Positions 26,514-36,874 of a stretch of 49,780 nt of DNA are shown piece by piece (the first letter of the stretch is position 1; each line of letters begins with the position of its first letter). Both the position numbers and the translations under genes were made by a program. The DNA is taken from NCBI GenBank assembly GCA_937132045.1, contig CAKZNX010000162.1, positions 1 to 49,780 of the forward strand. The letters are read 5' to 3'. The notes beneath the pieces were generated by a model. The model ran no database searches, was not told the DNA's origin, and worked only from the letters and a program-made list of their open reading frames with translations. Source of the DNA: an uncultured bacterium. GTDB lineage: Bacteria; Armatimonadota; HRBIN16.

Positions 26514-27653
26514 ATGATGACTCCCGAGCGGGTTTCCGTATACGTTCATATACCCTTCTGCGCGAAGCGCTGTGCCTACTGTGATTTCAATACCTACGCA
26601 TGGCGCGGGGCTATCGTGCGCGACACGCTGGAGGCAATCCGGCTGTCCATTGAGCGCACCGAGGAAGCCGATGTCGTCGTGCCAACCATCTTCTTCGGCG
26701 GCGGCACTCCCTCCTTCCCTGCTCCCGAGCTCATCGTGCGCATTCTGGAAACAATCCGCGAGCGTTTTCAGGTGCTGCCGGACGCGGAAATCAGCATCGA
26801 GGTGAACCCTGGATCGGCAGACAGAGCGCGCTACGCACTGTTCCGGCAGGCGGGTTTCAACCGCTTGAGCATGGGGGTGCAATCCTTCGACGACCGGTTG
26901 CTTGTGGCGCTTGGGCGTGTTCACACCGCCAATGAAGCTTTTCGGTCGTACGACGCCGCGCGTCAGGCAGGGTTCGGGAACATCAACCTGGACCTGATGT
27001 TCGCACTGCCCGACCACTCGTTGCGACAGTGGCAACATACTCTGCGCACAGCCGTCAGTCTGCAACCCGAACACATCTCCTGCTACGCACTCACCGTCGA
27101 GCCAAACACCCCCTTCTTTCGTCTGAACCAGCGTGGATTGCTGAACCTGCCAGACGAGGACACCGACCTGAAGATGTACCTGTATACCATTCGCGCGCTG
27201 ACCCGCGCAGGCTACGAGCACTATGAAATCTCGAACTTCGCGAGGAGAGGTCATCGCTGTCAGCACAACATGGTCTACTGGCGCAACGAGCAGTATCTGG
27301 GTTTCGGTCCGGGCGCGGTTTCTTACCGAAGGGGCGTGCGCTGGAAGGCTATCCGCAACCCGCGCCGATTCGTTCAGGCGGTACACAGCGGCGCACCGCT
27401 GGTGCAGGAAGAGGAACGCCTCGACGCAACAGCGTCGCTGGGTGAGACGCTCATGCTGATGCTTCGCCTGCGCGATGGGGTGGACGTGAAGGCAGTCGAG
27501 CAACGCTACGGCGTCAACCTGCCACAGCGATACGCTCACCAGCTCAACCGTCTGAGACGTTTGCGTCTGCTGGAGGTTACACGCGATCGCTGGCGCATCA
27601 CCACCAAAGGACTTCCCGTGGCGAACTCTGTTTGCGCGGAGTTTCTGGCATGA
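26514..27653 (+). CDS. hemW: Radical SAM heme chaperone HemW (HemN-like)
   Basis: YVHIPFCAKRCAYCDF, GGGTPS, YEISNF, HNMVYW (HNxxYW). Confidence 0.9.
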   Translation: MMTPERVSVYVHIPFCAKRCAYCDFNTYAWRGAIVRDTLEAIRLSIERTEEADVVVPTIFFGGGTPSFPAPELIVRILETIRERFQVLPDAEISIEVNPGSADRARYALFRQAGFNRLSMGVQSFDDRLLVALGRVHTANEAFRSYDAARQAGFGNINLDLMFALPDHSLRQWQHTLRTAVSLQPEHISCYALTVEPNTPFFRLNQRGLLNLPDEDTDLKMYLYTIRALTRAGYEHYEISNFARRGHRCQHNMVYWRNEQYLGFGPGAVSYRRGVRWKAIRNPRRFVQAVHSGAPLVQEEERLDATASLGETLMLMLRLRDGVDVKAVEQRYGVNLPQRYAHQLNRLRRLRLLEVTRDRWRITTKGLPVANSVCAEFLA

Positions 27654-28783
27654 CCGACGGGTCGCATCCAGAACTGCAGGAAGGGCTGGCACGCTTTATT
27701 GTACCGGAAACGCTTTTCTTCAACCCGCGGGCGCGACTGGCACGCGACTTCGGTGTGATTGCTCTGCGCGCCGAGGCGGATTTGCAGGAGCGCTGGCTTC
27801 GCGTCATTGACCTGATGGCGGGTGTGGGTACACGCGGCATCCGCTACGCGCTGGAAGCGCCCGTCGAGCGCATTGTGCTGAACGATGGCAATCCCGCCGC
27901 TGTGGAAACCATCCGCCGCAACATCGAGATTAACGCCATCCCCGACGATGTGCAGGTAGACGTGACCTGCGAGCAGGTTCACCGGCTGTGCTATGCCCTC
28001 CGCATCCGCGATGAGCGGTTCGACTGGGTGGACATGGACGCCTTCGGCAGTCCGTCCGTTTACTGGCACGCAGCGTCGCTGGTGCCGCGCTGGGACGGCG
28101 TGCTATATCTCACTGCAACCGACATGGCGGCTCTGTGCGGCAAACTGCGCGAACCGGCAATTCGGCACTATGGCGCCGTCACCCGACCATGGGAATGCGG
28201 CGACGAAATCGGTGCAAGAGTTCTCATTGGTGCGATGCAGCAGAGCGCCGGCGAGCGTGGGCTGTACTATCAGCCACTGTTCGTGCTGGACGAAGGCTAC
28301 GCGATGCGACTGGCGGTGCGCCTGCGTTACGGCCTGGCGGACTTCCCTTCTCAGCATATCGGCTGGCTCGTCAAGTGCATGGGATGTTTTACTCACACCA
28401 CACTTCCCCTGCACGTGACCGTAGGATGCTGTCGGGTGTGCGGCAGCGAGGACGTACAGTGGGCGGGACCGCTTTGGACGGGCAGTCTGTTCGACGCCGA
28501 GTTCCTGCACCTGATGAGCATGGAGGCGCGCAAGGCAGGACATCAGGCAGTGCTTCGTCTGTTGCGTCTGATGACCGACGAGACCGACTCGCCCGCCGGT
28601 TATTATGCCGCCCCCGACCTTGGCAAACGCACACACCTGAGCCGTCTTCCTCCCGTGGATGCCCTCGTTCAGCGTCTCCGTCAGGAGGGCTACGTGGCGT
28701 CGCGCACGCACTTCGAGACCTCCGCGTTCAAAACCAGCGCCCCGTATCCACTCATCCAGCAAATCGCTCTGCAAATGCAATAG
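27650..28783 (+). CDS. trm1: tRNA (guanine-26-N2)-dimethyltransferase, Trm1 family
   Basis: FFNPRARLARD, DLMAGVGTRGIRY, VDMDAFGS, LTATDMAALCG, CxxC...CxxC, GPLWTG, SRTHF. Confidence 0.85.
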   Translation: MTDGSHPELQEGLARFIVPETLFFNPRARLARDFGVIALRAEADLQERWLRVIDLMAGVGTRGIRYALEAPVERIVLNDGNPAAVETIRRNIEINAIPDDVQVDVTCEQVHRLCYALRIRDERFDWVDMDAFGSPSVYWHAASLVPRWDGVLYLTATDMAALCGKLREPAIRHYGAVTRPWECGDEIGARVLIGAMQQSAGERGLYYQPLFVLDEGYAMRLAVRLRYGLADFPSQHIGWLVKCMGCFTHTTLPLHVTVGCCRVCGSEDVQWAGPLWTGSLFDAEFLHLMSMEARKAGHQAVLRLLRLMTDETDSPAGYYAAPDLGKRTHLSRLPPVDALVQRLRQEGYVASRTHFETSAFKTSAPYPLIQQIALQMQ

Positions 28784-28820
28784 CAGGGCTGGTTGAATTG
28801 GCAGGTTTTTGCCTGCGCTA

Positions 28821-28849
28821 TTGACATTGCCATCCTCAGGCACTATGAT
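28821..28849 (+). promoter_or_regulatory. sigma70 promoter
   Basis: TTGACA-17 nt-TATGAT. Confidence 0.75.
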
Positions 28850-28883
28850 AGTCCTGATAGAATTCGCAGGAGGTGGCACGCGA

Positions 28884-31049
28884 ATGCGTCCTCGGCTGAA
28901 ATGGTATCTCTGGTTACTGGTCTTCTCAACAGCACTGAGTGTGCATTCCGCTCCGCTGAACGTGCCCGTCACTCCTGTCCCTGCGCAGGACAAAAACCTG
29001 GCACCTCCGGAGTACAGGGATGGACAGGTGCTGGTGAAGCTGCGACCACAGGTACTTCAGACGTTCCCGAATCGACTTGAACCGGCTGTCTCCTCGTCGG
29101 TGCTGGTCGCGGCGCTGCATCCCGTGCTGGCGCAGATACCGGAGCTGGCAGGGGCGCGTGTGGAGCGTACCATCGAGCGGATCGGTTGGGCAGTGGTGCG
29201 TCTCCCACAGGGGGTGTCGGTCACGCAAGCGGTGGAATTGCTGAAAAGGCATCCGAATGTGCTGTATGCCGAGCCAAACTATATTGTACGTCCTCTCATC
29301 CCTGAGCCAAACGATCCTCGTTTCCACGAGTACGACTACGAGCACTCGCTTTCAGGCATTCCGTGGCCCTACCTCTGGGACATGCTGATTATCGAGGCGT
29401 TCGAGGGCTGGCAGATCTATCCGAACCGGTATTACACGGCTGCCACCAAACCGCGTGACGCCATCCGCATTGCAGTCATCGATAGCGGCATCGACCCGTG
29501 GCACCCCGACTTCATGAACGCCGGCGGCACTAGCACCGACTCCCGTTACGGTGGGCAGATCGACTGGACGCTGGGGTGCAGTATTTTCAGCGGCGTGTAC
29601 GACGACGATTTTACCGATGAAAACGGACACGGCACGCACGTCGCGGGTATCGCTGCTGCCGCAGCTAACAACGGCGAAGGGGTGTTTGGTGTCGCGTACA
29701 ACGCCCAGATTGTGCCCATCAAGATTATCACCGCGGCGGGCGAAGGTGAGGACGCCGACCTGGTGGAGGCGATTATCTACTGTGCGGACCTTGGCATTCC
29801 AGTCATCAACATGAGCCTGGGCACCACCAGCTACCCGCAGATTCTCGCCGACGCAGTGAACTACGCCTACTACAAAGGCTGCTTGCTAATCGCTGCGGCA
29901 AACGAGTCGGGCATGGGTGGAGGCAACATCGGCAACATCTACCCCGCGGCGCACAGTAAAGTGTTGGCGGTTTCGCCAACCGGCATCGCAGATGATTTTC
30001 CCAGCGCCCTGTATGCCGGCACGGGCGATTACATTGGCGTCAGTGCCCCCGGAGGCAGCGTGGTGTTCGTGTTGGATGACGACGGGATTCTCTGGCCCGA
30101 GTTTGTCTTCATCTACTCCACGGCGCCCACTTACCCGGTCACCCTGACCGATGCCTTCGGGGAGGAGTTCTACATGTACGGCTACCAGATCGGCACATCG
30201 ATGGCGTGTCCGCATGTCTCCGGGCTTGCTGCACTGTATGCAGAGTACAGACGACTCACGGTGGACACACCAGGAGGCAATCTTGCCATCTGGAGAGCCA
30301 TCCAGCGAGGAGCGGACAACACCCAGATGCGCGGAGATGGAGGCTGGGACCCACGTTATGGGTTCGGGCGCATCAACGTGCGTAAAACCCTTCTGGGACT
30401 CAACTCCCGCAATGCCACCGTTGGCTGTTTATCCGGTCAGGTATACTACAACGGAACGCCCGTGCAGGGCGCCCAGATCGAGGCGCGCGCGATGGTAGGC
30501 TCTGCGCGAAAGGTGACCACCGCGCAGCACTTCGGACTGTGGCGCATCCCCAACCTGCCTCCGGGATACTATCGGGTGAAAGCCACCGTTTTCGGTACCA
30601 GCAAGGAGTTCGAGTGGGTGGAGGTGGTCGCAGGTGCTGATACACCGGGCGTGGACTTCTACCTCGGCACCCTCCAGCCCGACACGACCCCGCCCGAAAC
30701 GCCACAGGTGTGGGACGACGGAGCCACACAGACCAGCACCACCACCCTCCACGCGCGCTGGTGGAGCCGGGATTTGGAGACGGGTATCTTCGCCTACAGT
30801 GTCGCGGTCGGCACCGCGCCTGGCACCGCCGATGTGATGGGCTGGACGAGCGTTGGTTCCCGCACCGAAGCGACCTTCAACCTCACGCTGAGTGTGGGAC
30901 AAACCTACTTCGTCTCGGTGCGTGCAGTGAACGGCGCTGGGCTGGTGAGTCCGGTGGGCGTATCGGATGGGATACGGGTGGTCGTGCCCATTGATCCGCC
31001 GCTACAGCGCCCCGGTAGTGGTGGACGACGACCGGTCAACGTGCGATAG
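28884..31049 (+). CDS. Secreted S8 peptidase with prodomain, carboxypeptidase-regulatory-like and FN3-like domains
   Basis: YAEPNY prodomain end; VIDSG, HGTHVAG, GTSMACPH; C-terminal DTTPP..YFVSVRAVNGAGL; AGGAGG RBS. Confidence 0.92.
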   Translation: MRPRLKWYLWLLVFSTALSVHSAPLNVPVTPVPAQDKNLAPPEYRDGQVLVKLRPQVLQTFPNRLEPAVSSSVLVAALHPVLAQIPELAGARVERTIERIGWAVVRLPQGVSVTQAVELLKRHPNVLYAEPNYIVRPLIPEPNDPRFHEYDYEHSLSGIPWPYLWDMLIIEAFEGWQIYPNRYYTAATKPRDAIRIAVIDSGIDPWHPDFMNAGGTSTDSRYGGQIDWTLGCSIFSGVYDDDFTDENGHGTHVAGIAAAAANNGEGVFGVAYNAQIVPIKIITAAGEGEDADLVEAIIYCADLGIPVINMSLGTTSYPQILADAVNYAYYKGCLLIAAANESGMGGGNIGNIYPAAHSKVLAVSPTGIADDFPSALYAGTGDYIGVSAPGGSVVFVLDDDGILWPEFVFIYSTAPTYPVTLTDAFGEEFYMYGYQIGTSMACPHVSGLAALYAEYRRLTVDTPGGNLAIWRAIQRGADNTQMRGDGGWDPRYGFGRINVRKTLLGLNSRNATVGCLSGQVYYNGTPVQGAQIEARAMVGSARKVTTAQHFGLWRIPNLPPGYYRVKATVFGTSKEFEWVEVVAGADTPGVDFYLGTLQPDTTPPETPQVWDDGATQTSTTTLHARWWSRDLETGIFAYSVAVGTAPGTADVMGWTSVGSRTEATFNLTLSVGQTYFVSVRAVNGAGLVSPVGVSDGIRVVVPIDPPLQRPGSGGRRPVNVR

Positions 31050-31054
31050 GAGGT

Positions 31055-31084
31055 TTGACATTTCGGCGCCAAAATGCGTATACT
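31055..31084 (+). promoter_or_regulatory. sigma70 promoter
   Basis: TTGACA-18 nt-TATACT. Confidence 0.6.
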
Positions 31085-31117
31085 ACGATAGCAGCAACCG
31101 GAAGGAGTAACGTCCCC

Positions 31118-31870
31118 ATGAGAACAAGCTTTTTTGTGAGCCTGCTAGCGGGGGTGATGCTGCTTGCAGGCGCGCCGGGCTACGCGCAGGATGTGCAGAC
31201 CATTCTGAACAGGGTGGCAGCCGCCTACAAGAACGCGAAGAGCTATCAGGCGCAGACGACAATCACGGAAACCCGTCAAGTGGGCGGACAGCAACAGAAG
31301 CGGTCCAGCACGATCTCCACCAGATTCAAAGCCCCGAACAAGGTGGTCACAATCGTTCAAGGCAGCGATAACCTGCACGTCTACAGCGACGGGAAAACCA
31401 TGTACATCTACTCGCCGAAAGAGAAGCAGTACATGAAGATGCCCGCGCCCGCATCGATGGCGCAGCCCGGGGCGAGCCCCGTGGGAGCCGGAGACCCGTC
31501 ACAGATCGGTGCGCAACTGCAGATGATTTTCGGTGCCGACGCGAAGAAACTGTCCGACCGAAACGTGGACGGCAGACCGATGCACGTGCTGCAGTCGACG
31601 CGAACGGAACAGTCGGAGGACGGCAAGAGCGGGTTCAAGGTGACAGCGACCGCGTACGTCGACAAGGCAACCTTCATGCTGCGTCAGCTCACCCTCGACG
31701 CCACTCAGAGCCAGGGCACGCAAAAGATGACGCAGACGATCGTGGTTAGCTTCGCCTCCCAGCAGATCAACCCGAACCTGCCTGACTCGGTGTTCGTGTT
31801 CAAGCCGCCGGCAGGCGCCACGGAACGGCAGATGCCAGCCCCGCCATCCGGACCGCCGGCGCCGCGCTAA
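31118..31870 (+). CDS. LolA-like/DUF2092-like periplasmic lipoprotein-carrier fold protein
   Basis: Signal peptide; FKAPNK, YSDGKTMYIYSP..KQY, INPNLPDSVFVFKPPAGA. Confidence 0.75.
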   Translation: MRTSFFVSLLAGVMLLAGAPGYAQDVQTILNRVAAAYKNAKSYQAQTTITETRQVGGQQQKRSSTISTRFKAPNKVVTIVQGSDNLHVYSDGKTMYIYSPKEKQYMKMPAPASMAQPGASPVGAGDPSQIGAQLQMIFGADAKKLSDRNVDGRPMHVLQSTRTEQSEDGKSGFKVTATAYVDKATFMLRQLTLDATQSQGTQKMTQTIVVSFASQQINPNLPDSVFVFKPPAGATERQMPAPPSGPPAPR

Positions 31871-31935
31871 AGGCGAGTTCCTGTTACATCGGACGTGGGG
31901 CAATCGAGGCGGATTGCCCCACCGCTGTTGTCAGG

Positions 31936-33063
31936 ATGCGAGTGCTACTCTTCTCTAAGGCAGCCGTTCGCTCCGTCTACCACAGACAATATGAGCACAT
32001 CGCTGAGCACGAAGCCATCAGCGAGCTGCTTGTGGTGGTGCCGCCCTTCTGGTGCGAGCCGCGCGTGGGCAGGTTGCCACTGGAGCAAGTGCACCCTGAG
32101 CGCTACTGGCTGGAGGTCACGCCCCTGCGCTGGAACGGGCGCTACCACGTCTACTATGCGCCTTATCTGCCATCGATCCTGCGCCGTTTTCAGCCCGACG
32201 TGGTCCATATCGATGAGGAGGTGTACAACTTCGCCACTTTCCACGCGGCGCTGGCTGCACGCCGACACGGTGCCCGGTCGGTTGCTTTCTGCTGGCAAAA
32301 CATCTACCGGCGCTATCCCCCACCCTTCCGCTGGTTCGAGGTCGCTCTGGCGCGATGCCTGTCCGGGGCGGTGGCTGGCAACGCCGACGCGAAGGAGGTT
32401 CTCCGACGCAAAGGGTTCCGCCTGCCCATCGTGGTTATCCCGCAGTACGGAGTTGACACCAACCTTTTCACCCCGTCAGTGCGCCCAGCATCTCCGCCTT
32501 TCCGGGTGGGCTTTCTGGGGCGATTGGTGCCCGCGAAAGGCATCGACACCCTTCTGGAGAGTCTGCAGTACCTGCCAGAGGAGTGCGAGGCATGGATTGC
32601 TGGCGAAGGAGACCAGCGCCGATGGCAGGTGGTCGCTGAGGAGATGGGGGTGGCGATGCGTGTGCGCTGGATAGGCGCAGTGCCTTCCGGTCAGGTACCG
32701 AACCTCATGCACCAGCTGCACGTGCTGGCACTGCCTTCGCGCACCACGCCTCGCTGGAAAGAACAGTTCGGGCGCGTGCTGGTGGAGGCGATGGCTTGCG
32801 GGGTGCCTGTCATCGGTTCGGATAGTGGCGAAATCCCCCAAGTGGTGGGGACTGGTGGGCTGGTGTTTCCGGAGGGAGAAGCCAGACAGCTGGCAGCGTG
32901 TATTCGCCGCCTGCTGGACGACCCGCTACTCAGGCAGGGTCTGTCAGAGAAGGCTCGACAGCGAGCCTGCCAGCACTTCAGTATGGAACACGTCGCCGGG
33001 GAGTATGTGAGATTCTGGCAAAGCACCTGTCGGGTCGACGCGGTAAACCGTGAGGGTGTGTGA
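31936..33063 (+). CDS. GT4 family glycosyltransferase
   Basis: GFLGRLVPAKG, EQFGRVLVEAMACGVPVIGS. Confidence 0.92.
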   Translation: MRVLLFSKAAVRSVYHRQYEHIAEHEAISELLVVVPPFWCEPRVGRLPLEQVHPERYWLEVTPLRWNGRYHVYYAPYLPSILRRFQPDVVHIDEEVYNFATFHAALAARRHGARSVAFCWQNIYRRYPPPFRWFEVALARCLSGAVAGNADAKEVLRRKGFRLPIVVIPQYGVDTNLFTPSVRPASPPFRVGFLGRLVPAKGIDTLLESLQYLPEECEAWIAGEGDQRRWQVVAEEMGVAMRVRWIGAVPSGQVPNLMHQLHVLALPSRTTPRWKEQFGRVLVEAMACGVPVIGSDSGEIPQVVGTGGLVFPEGEARQLAACIRRLLDDPLLRQGLSEKARQRACQHFSMEHVAGEYVRFWQSTCRVDAVNREGV

Positions 33064-33226
33064 TAATCCGTCGCCGTCGAGGAATCGAAGACCAGAACCG
33101 TTGGTAAAAGCCCTTTCACACCCGTTTCCCTGCCTCTCCTGGAAACGGAGAGAGGTTCCGAACTCCCCCGTTGCCGCGTTGCGAAGGGGGATAGGCTGAT
33201 AGGTTTGGACTTTTTCCAGCACCCTC
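33052..33226. mobile_element. MITE-like dispersed element, copy 2 (~175 bp)
   Basis: Colinear with 5509-5684; ends GAGGGTGTGTGATAA / TTTTTCCAGCACCCTC; internal hairpins decayed. Confidence 0.75.
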
Positions 33227-33294
33227 GCAGACCGTTGACGTGACCTGTCCAAAGCGGGTACCCTAGACGAGCAAATCAGTCGTCGGGGGTCAGG

Positions 33295-34113
33295 ATGATA
33301 GAAGTCGGGCAAGTGGTTTCCCTGCCGGATGTCGCCAACCAGGAGGATCAACGTCAGGTATTCATCCCGCAGGTGGGGGTTCGCGGTGTGCAACTGCCCG
33401 TGCGGGTTGCAGACGGAAGCGGTAATGACTTTCACACGGTGGCTTCGGTCGACTTCGCCGTCTCCCTTCAGCATAACCGCAAAGGCACACACATGAGTCG
33501 CCTGATGCAGATTCTGGATGAAACGGCGCAGTTACCTCTCTCGCTCGCGGAGGTGCAGCGAATGCTGGACCGCGCCCGAGACATGCTCGATGCCGACCGC
33601 GCCGAGGTCACCATGCGTTTCAAATACTTCCTCCGCAAGCGTGCTCCGATTACCGGCGCATCGGGCTGGCTGGACGCCGACGCCGAGTGGTCGGTAACGC
33701 TGAATAACGGCACCTCTACCCGTATCGTGCGCCTGGCGGTGCCGGTCAAATCGCTCTGCCCGTGCAGTAAGCAGATTGCCGTGTATGGCGCACACAATCA
33801 GCGGGCTTATGTGCGTGTGGAGCTGGAGTTGTTGCCATCAGCGCCGGAATTAGACATGGACAGGCTGTTCCGTCTGCTGGAGGAACAGGGCAGCAGCCCG
33901 TTGTATCCTGTACTGAAACGACCGGACGAGAAGTTTGTTACCGAATCCGCTTATGATAATGCGAAATTCGTGGAGGACATCCTGCGCGATACAGTACTTG
34001 CTCTCAGGCAGATGCCAGGTCTACGGCGGTTCAGAGCGGAATGCGAATCGGTAGAATCGATACACAATCACAACGCCTTTGCCGCTACCGAGGAGTGGCT
34101 TTCGCCCTTGTAA
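33295..34113 (+). CDS. folE2: GTP cyclohydrolase IB (FolE2)
   Basis: LPDVA, KGTHMSR, SLCPCSK, GAHNQR, LKRPDEK, FVED, ESIHNHNA. Confidence 0.95.
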   Translation: MIEVGQVVSLPDVANQEDQRQVFIPQVGVRGVQLPVRVADGSGNDFHTVASVDFAVSLQHNRKGTHMSRLMQILDETAQLPLSLAEVQRMLDRARDMLDADRAEVTMRFKYFLRKRAPITGASGWLDADAEWSVTLNNGTSTRIVRLAVPVKSLCPCSKQIAVYGAHNQRAYVRVELELLPSAPELDMDRLFRLLEEQGSSPLYPVLKRPDEKFVTESAYDNAKFVEDILRDTVLALRQMPGLRRFRAECESVESIHNHNAFAATEEWLSPL

Positions 34114-35237
34114 TCGGACTGCTGTGCGTTCCTCCGGGGAGGGCGCGCGAGGAGACCGCCCTCCCCACTCCCCCGCGCTCTATCAGCGTTCCCTATCAGA
34201 CCGGCGTTTACGAAGTGCAGTTGCTACCAGCCCTTTTTCCCAACAACGATGCGGTCATCCTGACCCCAAGGCTCGGCACGCTCTCCGGTGCGCAAAGCGA
34301 CCCGAAGCATGGCTGGCGTTTCACCGTCGCCTGCTACGGTTACTTCCGCAACGACCACCTCTCTCAGCCGGAGCTGCGCTTTCGCGTGTACGCGCAGGCG
34401 GTGGATGACCTCCCGCAAGCACAAAGGGTGTGCCGATTGCTTCTGCGTCTTCAGCAAATCGCATGGCAAAGAGTGCGCCTGCAGGTGAACCTTCAGGGCG
34501 AACGAGTGTTGAACGTGTGGCTGTGTCGGCAGGGTAATGCTGGCGGTGAGCAGTGGCGTAACAACCTCTATATCTACTCGGTGCAGGAGCTTCACTCCCC
34601 CGTCGAGTGGGTGCGCGAAGTGGCCCACGAGTTCTCACACGCGCTCTTTCCGGGCATCACCGGCTATACGCTTCCCGAGCCGTGGGCGAACGGCTATCTG
34701 GGCGAACGACTTCTCATGACGTGGATCGCGCCGCTGGCAGAGAGCGGCAGTCTGACCACCGACGACCTGTGCGGAGCCTCCGCACCGGATGTCCGCAACT
34801 TCGTCGCTCAGCGCTGTCTGCCACTGCGCAATCGCTGGCTGACGGAGGGTTTTCCGAAAGAGGGCTTCACCAGAACGGACGCCTCCGGGATGGCTACTCT
34901 GATCGGCTTCGTCCTGTATCTGGATAGCGTGTACGGTAGCAGCACCCTGCGCGCCACCTTCGCGAGGCTGGCTGAACCGCACGCAACGGCGCTATGGAAA
35001 GCGTTTACCGAATCTGTGAAGGAAGCTGACGAGGTCACCATCCTTCCTCCTGACAGGGCATCTGCTCTGTGGTTGCCTGCAGGCACCTGGCAGGTAGACA
35101 GCACCGACAGGAAGGCGCTTCTGGAGCAGGGCAAGCATCGCTGGCAGGTGTCGCAACCGCGCTGGCGGCTGCCCGGTGATGGGTGGTACAGGCTGACCAG
35201 TAACGCGCCGGTGCGCCTGCGCCGCCAGAACCCCTAG
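34095..35237 (+). CDS. Exported hypothetical protein with HExxH motif (start uncertain, 34041 or 34095)
   Basis: Hydrophobic N-terminus; VREVAHEFSH. Confidence 0.6.
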   Translation: MAFALVIGLLCVPPGRAREETALPTPPRSISVPYQTGVYEVQLLPALFPNNDAVILTPRLGTLSGAQSDPKHGWRFTVACYGYFRNDHLSQPELRFRVYAQAVDDLPQAQRVCRLLLRLQQIAWQRVRLQVNLQGERVLNVWLCRQGNAGGEQWRNNLYIYSVQELHSPVEWVREVAHEFSHALFPGITGYTLPEPWANGYLGERLLMTWIAPLAESGSLTTDDLCGASAPDVRNFVAQRCLPLRNRWLTEGFPKEGFTRTDASGMATLIGFVLYLDSVYGSSTLRATFARLAEPHATALWKAFTESVKEADEVTILPPDRASALWLPAGTWQVDSTDRKALLEQGKHRWQVSQPRWRLPGDGWYRLTSNAPVRLRRQNP

Positions 35238-36766
35238 TTGCCCGGCTGTGAGGGGTTGATGGATGGCGGAGTGGAAACAGGCGGAGTGCTGGTAACGGTT
35301 ACCTTTACGCTCTTCGTAACCACCTGTCCAAGGTCATTGGTGGCGGTAAGCGTGTAGGTGGTGTCCTGCGTTGGCGAGACGGTGGCTTCGCCCTGCGGAC
35401 TGACCTCCCCCACACCGTTGTCTATGGTCACCCGAGACGCTGCTTGCGCCCTCCACTTCAGCACCACGTTCCCGCCAGCGGTGATCACCGACGGCTCCGC
35501 GCGGAACTCCAGCACCTCCAGCGCGTTGGGGTCGCGCACCTTCACCGTCACACTCTTCTCCACCTTGCGCCCGGCGGTGTTAATCGCCACCAGCGTGTAA
35601 GTGGTGGTCACAGCAGGCGTGTCGCGAACGGAATTGAGCAGTGGGTCCAGCTCGCCGACCGGGCTGAGCAGAAGTTTGGTCGCGTTTTGAACCTGCCAGC
35701 TGAGAATGACCGGTTCTCCCTTTGTCACCTGCGCAGGCTCTGCTTTGAACGACACAATGGCAGGCGGTGGAGGCTCCGGGGCTGGTTGCACGGTCAATAC
35801 CACTTCCGACTCCTGCACCCCGCCTCGTCCTCGCGCCACCAAGCGGTAGGTGGTGGTCTGTGATGGCACGACCTGCCTGCTGCCCGCGTTTTCCTTCACC
35901 ACGCCGATATCCGGCGTGATGCTGATCTCCGAGGCGTTCGTCACATGCCAGCGCAGGATGGCGGTACCGCCCTGCTGGATGTTAGATGGCTCGACCGAGA
36001 ACTCCAGCACTTCCACGGGCTTCGGACGTGTGAAAGCCCACGCCGCGAGCATCAGCGCGAATATGCCCACCAGGCTCAACGTCATCGGGGATAGCAATGG
36101 GCGTGTGTACAGCTGCCCCTGCGTATGTGCCGCCACATAGCCGTTATCCACACAGCGCGCGGTGACGGTGAACGATGCCAGCTGACTGCGCCCTATCATC
36201 GCCCGGCGCGAGGGTTCCGCGCTGAGCATCACCGACGCTGAACCTCCAGCCTGCAGATTCAGCACCTCGCGGTCAAAGGTGTACACGCCGATGTCGTCCG
36301 TATCGCTCGCGTACAGGCGTACGTCCAGCGGCGTATTGCCCAGGTTGTGCACGGTCACCTCGAACTCGGTTACGGGACGCCAGTACGTGCACACTCCGCG
36401 GCGAGGATATATCTCCACCGAAAGCGCCGAGAACGGCTCGACCATCAGTGTTACGGGTGCCACCGCCGTATCGCCTGTCTCCAACGAGCGCGCTCGCACC
36501 ACGAACGGATAGGCGCCGGCCGTGCTCTCACTGCGTCGGGGTACCTTTAGAAGGATTTTCTCGGTGCGGCGGGCGCCCGGGTCCAGAGTCACAGAAGGAA
36601 CGGGAATCGCCACCCATTCGTAATCAAGACCCTCCACCTCCAGCCCAATAGTGTCCGGCTGGTTCGAGCCGTTCACGACCTGAACCTGTAGTGTCGCTGT
36701 GCCTCCGGGGTCTATATGAATCTGGTCTTCCGAGAGATTCAGCTCTATTGTGGCATTGGCAGGCAT
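35234..36766 (-). CDS. Single-pass membrane protein with Ig-like domains on both sides
   Basis: Two N-terminal beta-sandwich-like repeats, TM (TLSLVGIFALMLAAWAF), three C-terminal repeats F.aEP..i..G..v.L.W...TTTY.L.A. Confidence 0.7.
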   Translation of the reverse strand: MPANATIELNLSEDQIHIDPGGTATLQVQVVNGSNQPDTIGLEVEGLDYEWVAIPVPSVTLDPGARRTEKILLKVPRRSESTAGAYPFVVRARSLETGDTAVAPVTLMVEPFSALSVEIYPRRGVCTYWRPVTEFEVTVHNLGNTPLDVRLYASDTDDIGVYTFDREVLNLQAGGSASVMLSAEPSRRAMIGRSQLASFTVTARCVDNGYVAAHTQGQLYTRPLLSPMTLSLVGIFALMLAAWAFTRPKPVEVLEFSVEPSNIQQGGTAILRWHVTNASEISITPDIGVVKENAGSRQVVPSQTTTYRLVARGRGGVQESEVVLTVQPAPEPPPPAIVSFKAEPAQVTKGEPVILSWQVQNATKLLLSPVGELDPLLNSVRDTPAVTTTYTLVAINTAGRKVEKSVTVKVRDPNALEVLEFRAEPSVITAGGNVVLKWRAQAASRVTIDNGVGEVSPQGEATVSPTQDTTYTLTATNDLGQVVTKSVKVTVTSTPPVSTPPSINPSQPGN

Positions 36767-36874
36767 AAGTGGCTACCCCTCGCGTTCCCGTTTGAACGAA
36801 AAGACAGAAAAAAGCGGTACACGCGCCGCCCTCCACCGCAATTATACGGGACTGCAGGTGAAAAATCAAGCACG

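Noticed and set aside
26448..27692. 414-aa minus-strand ORF
   Set aside because: Shadow of hemW
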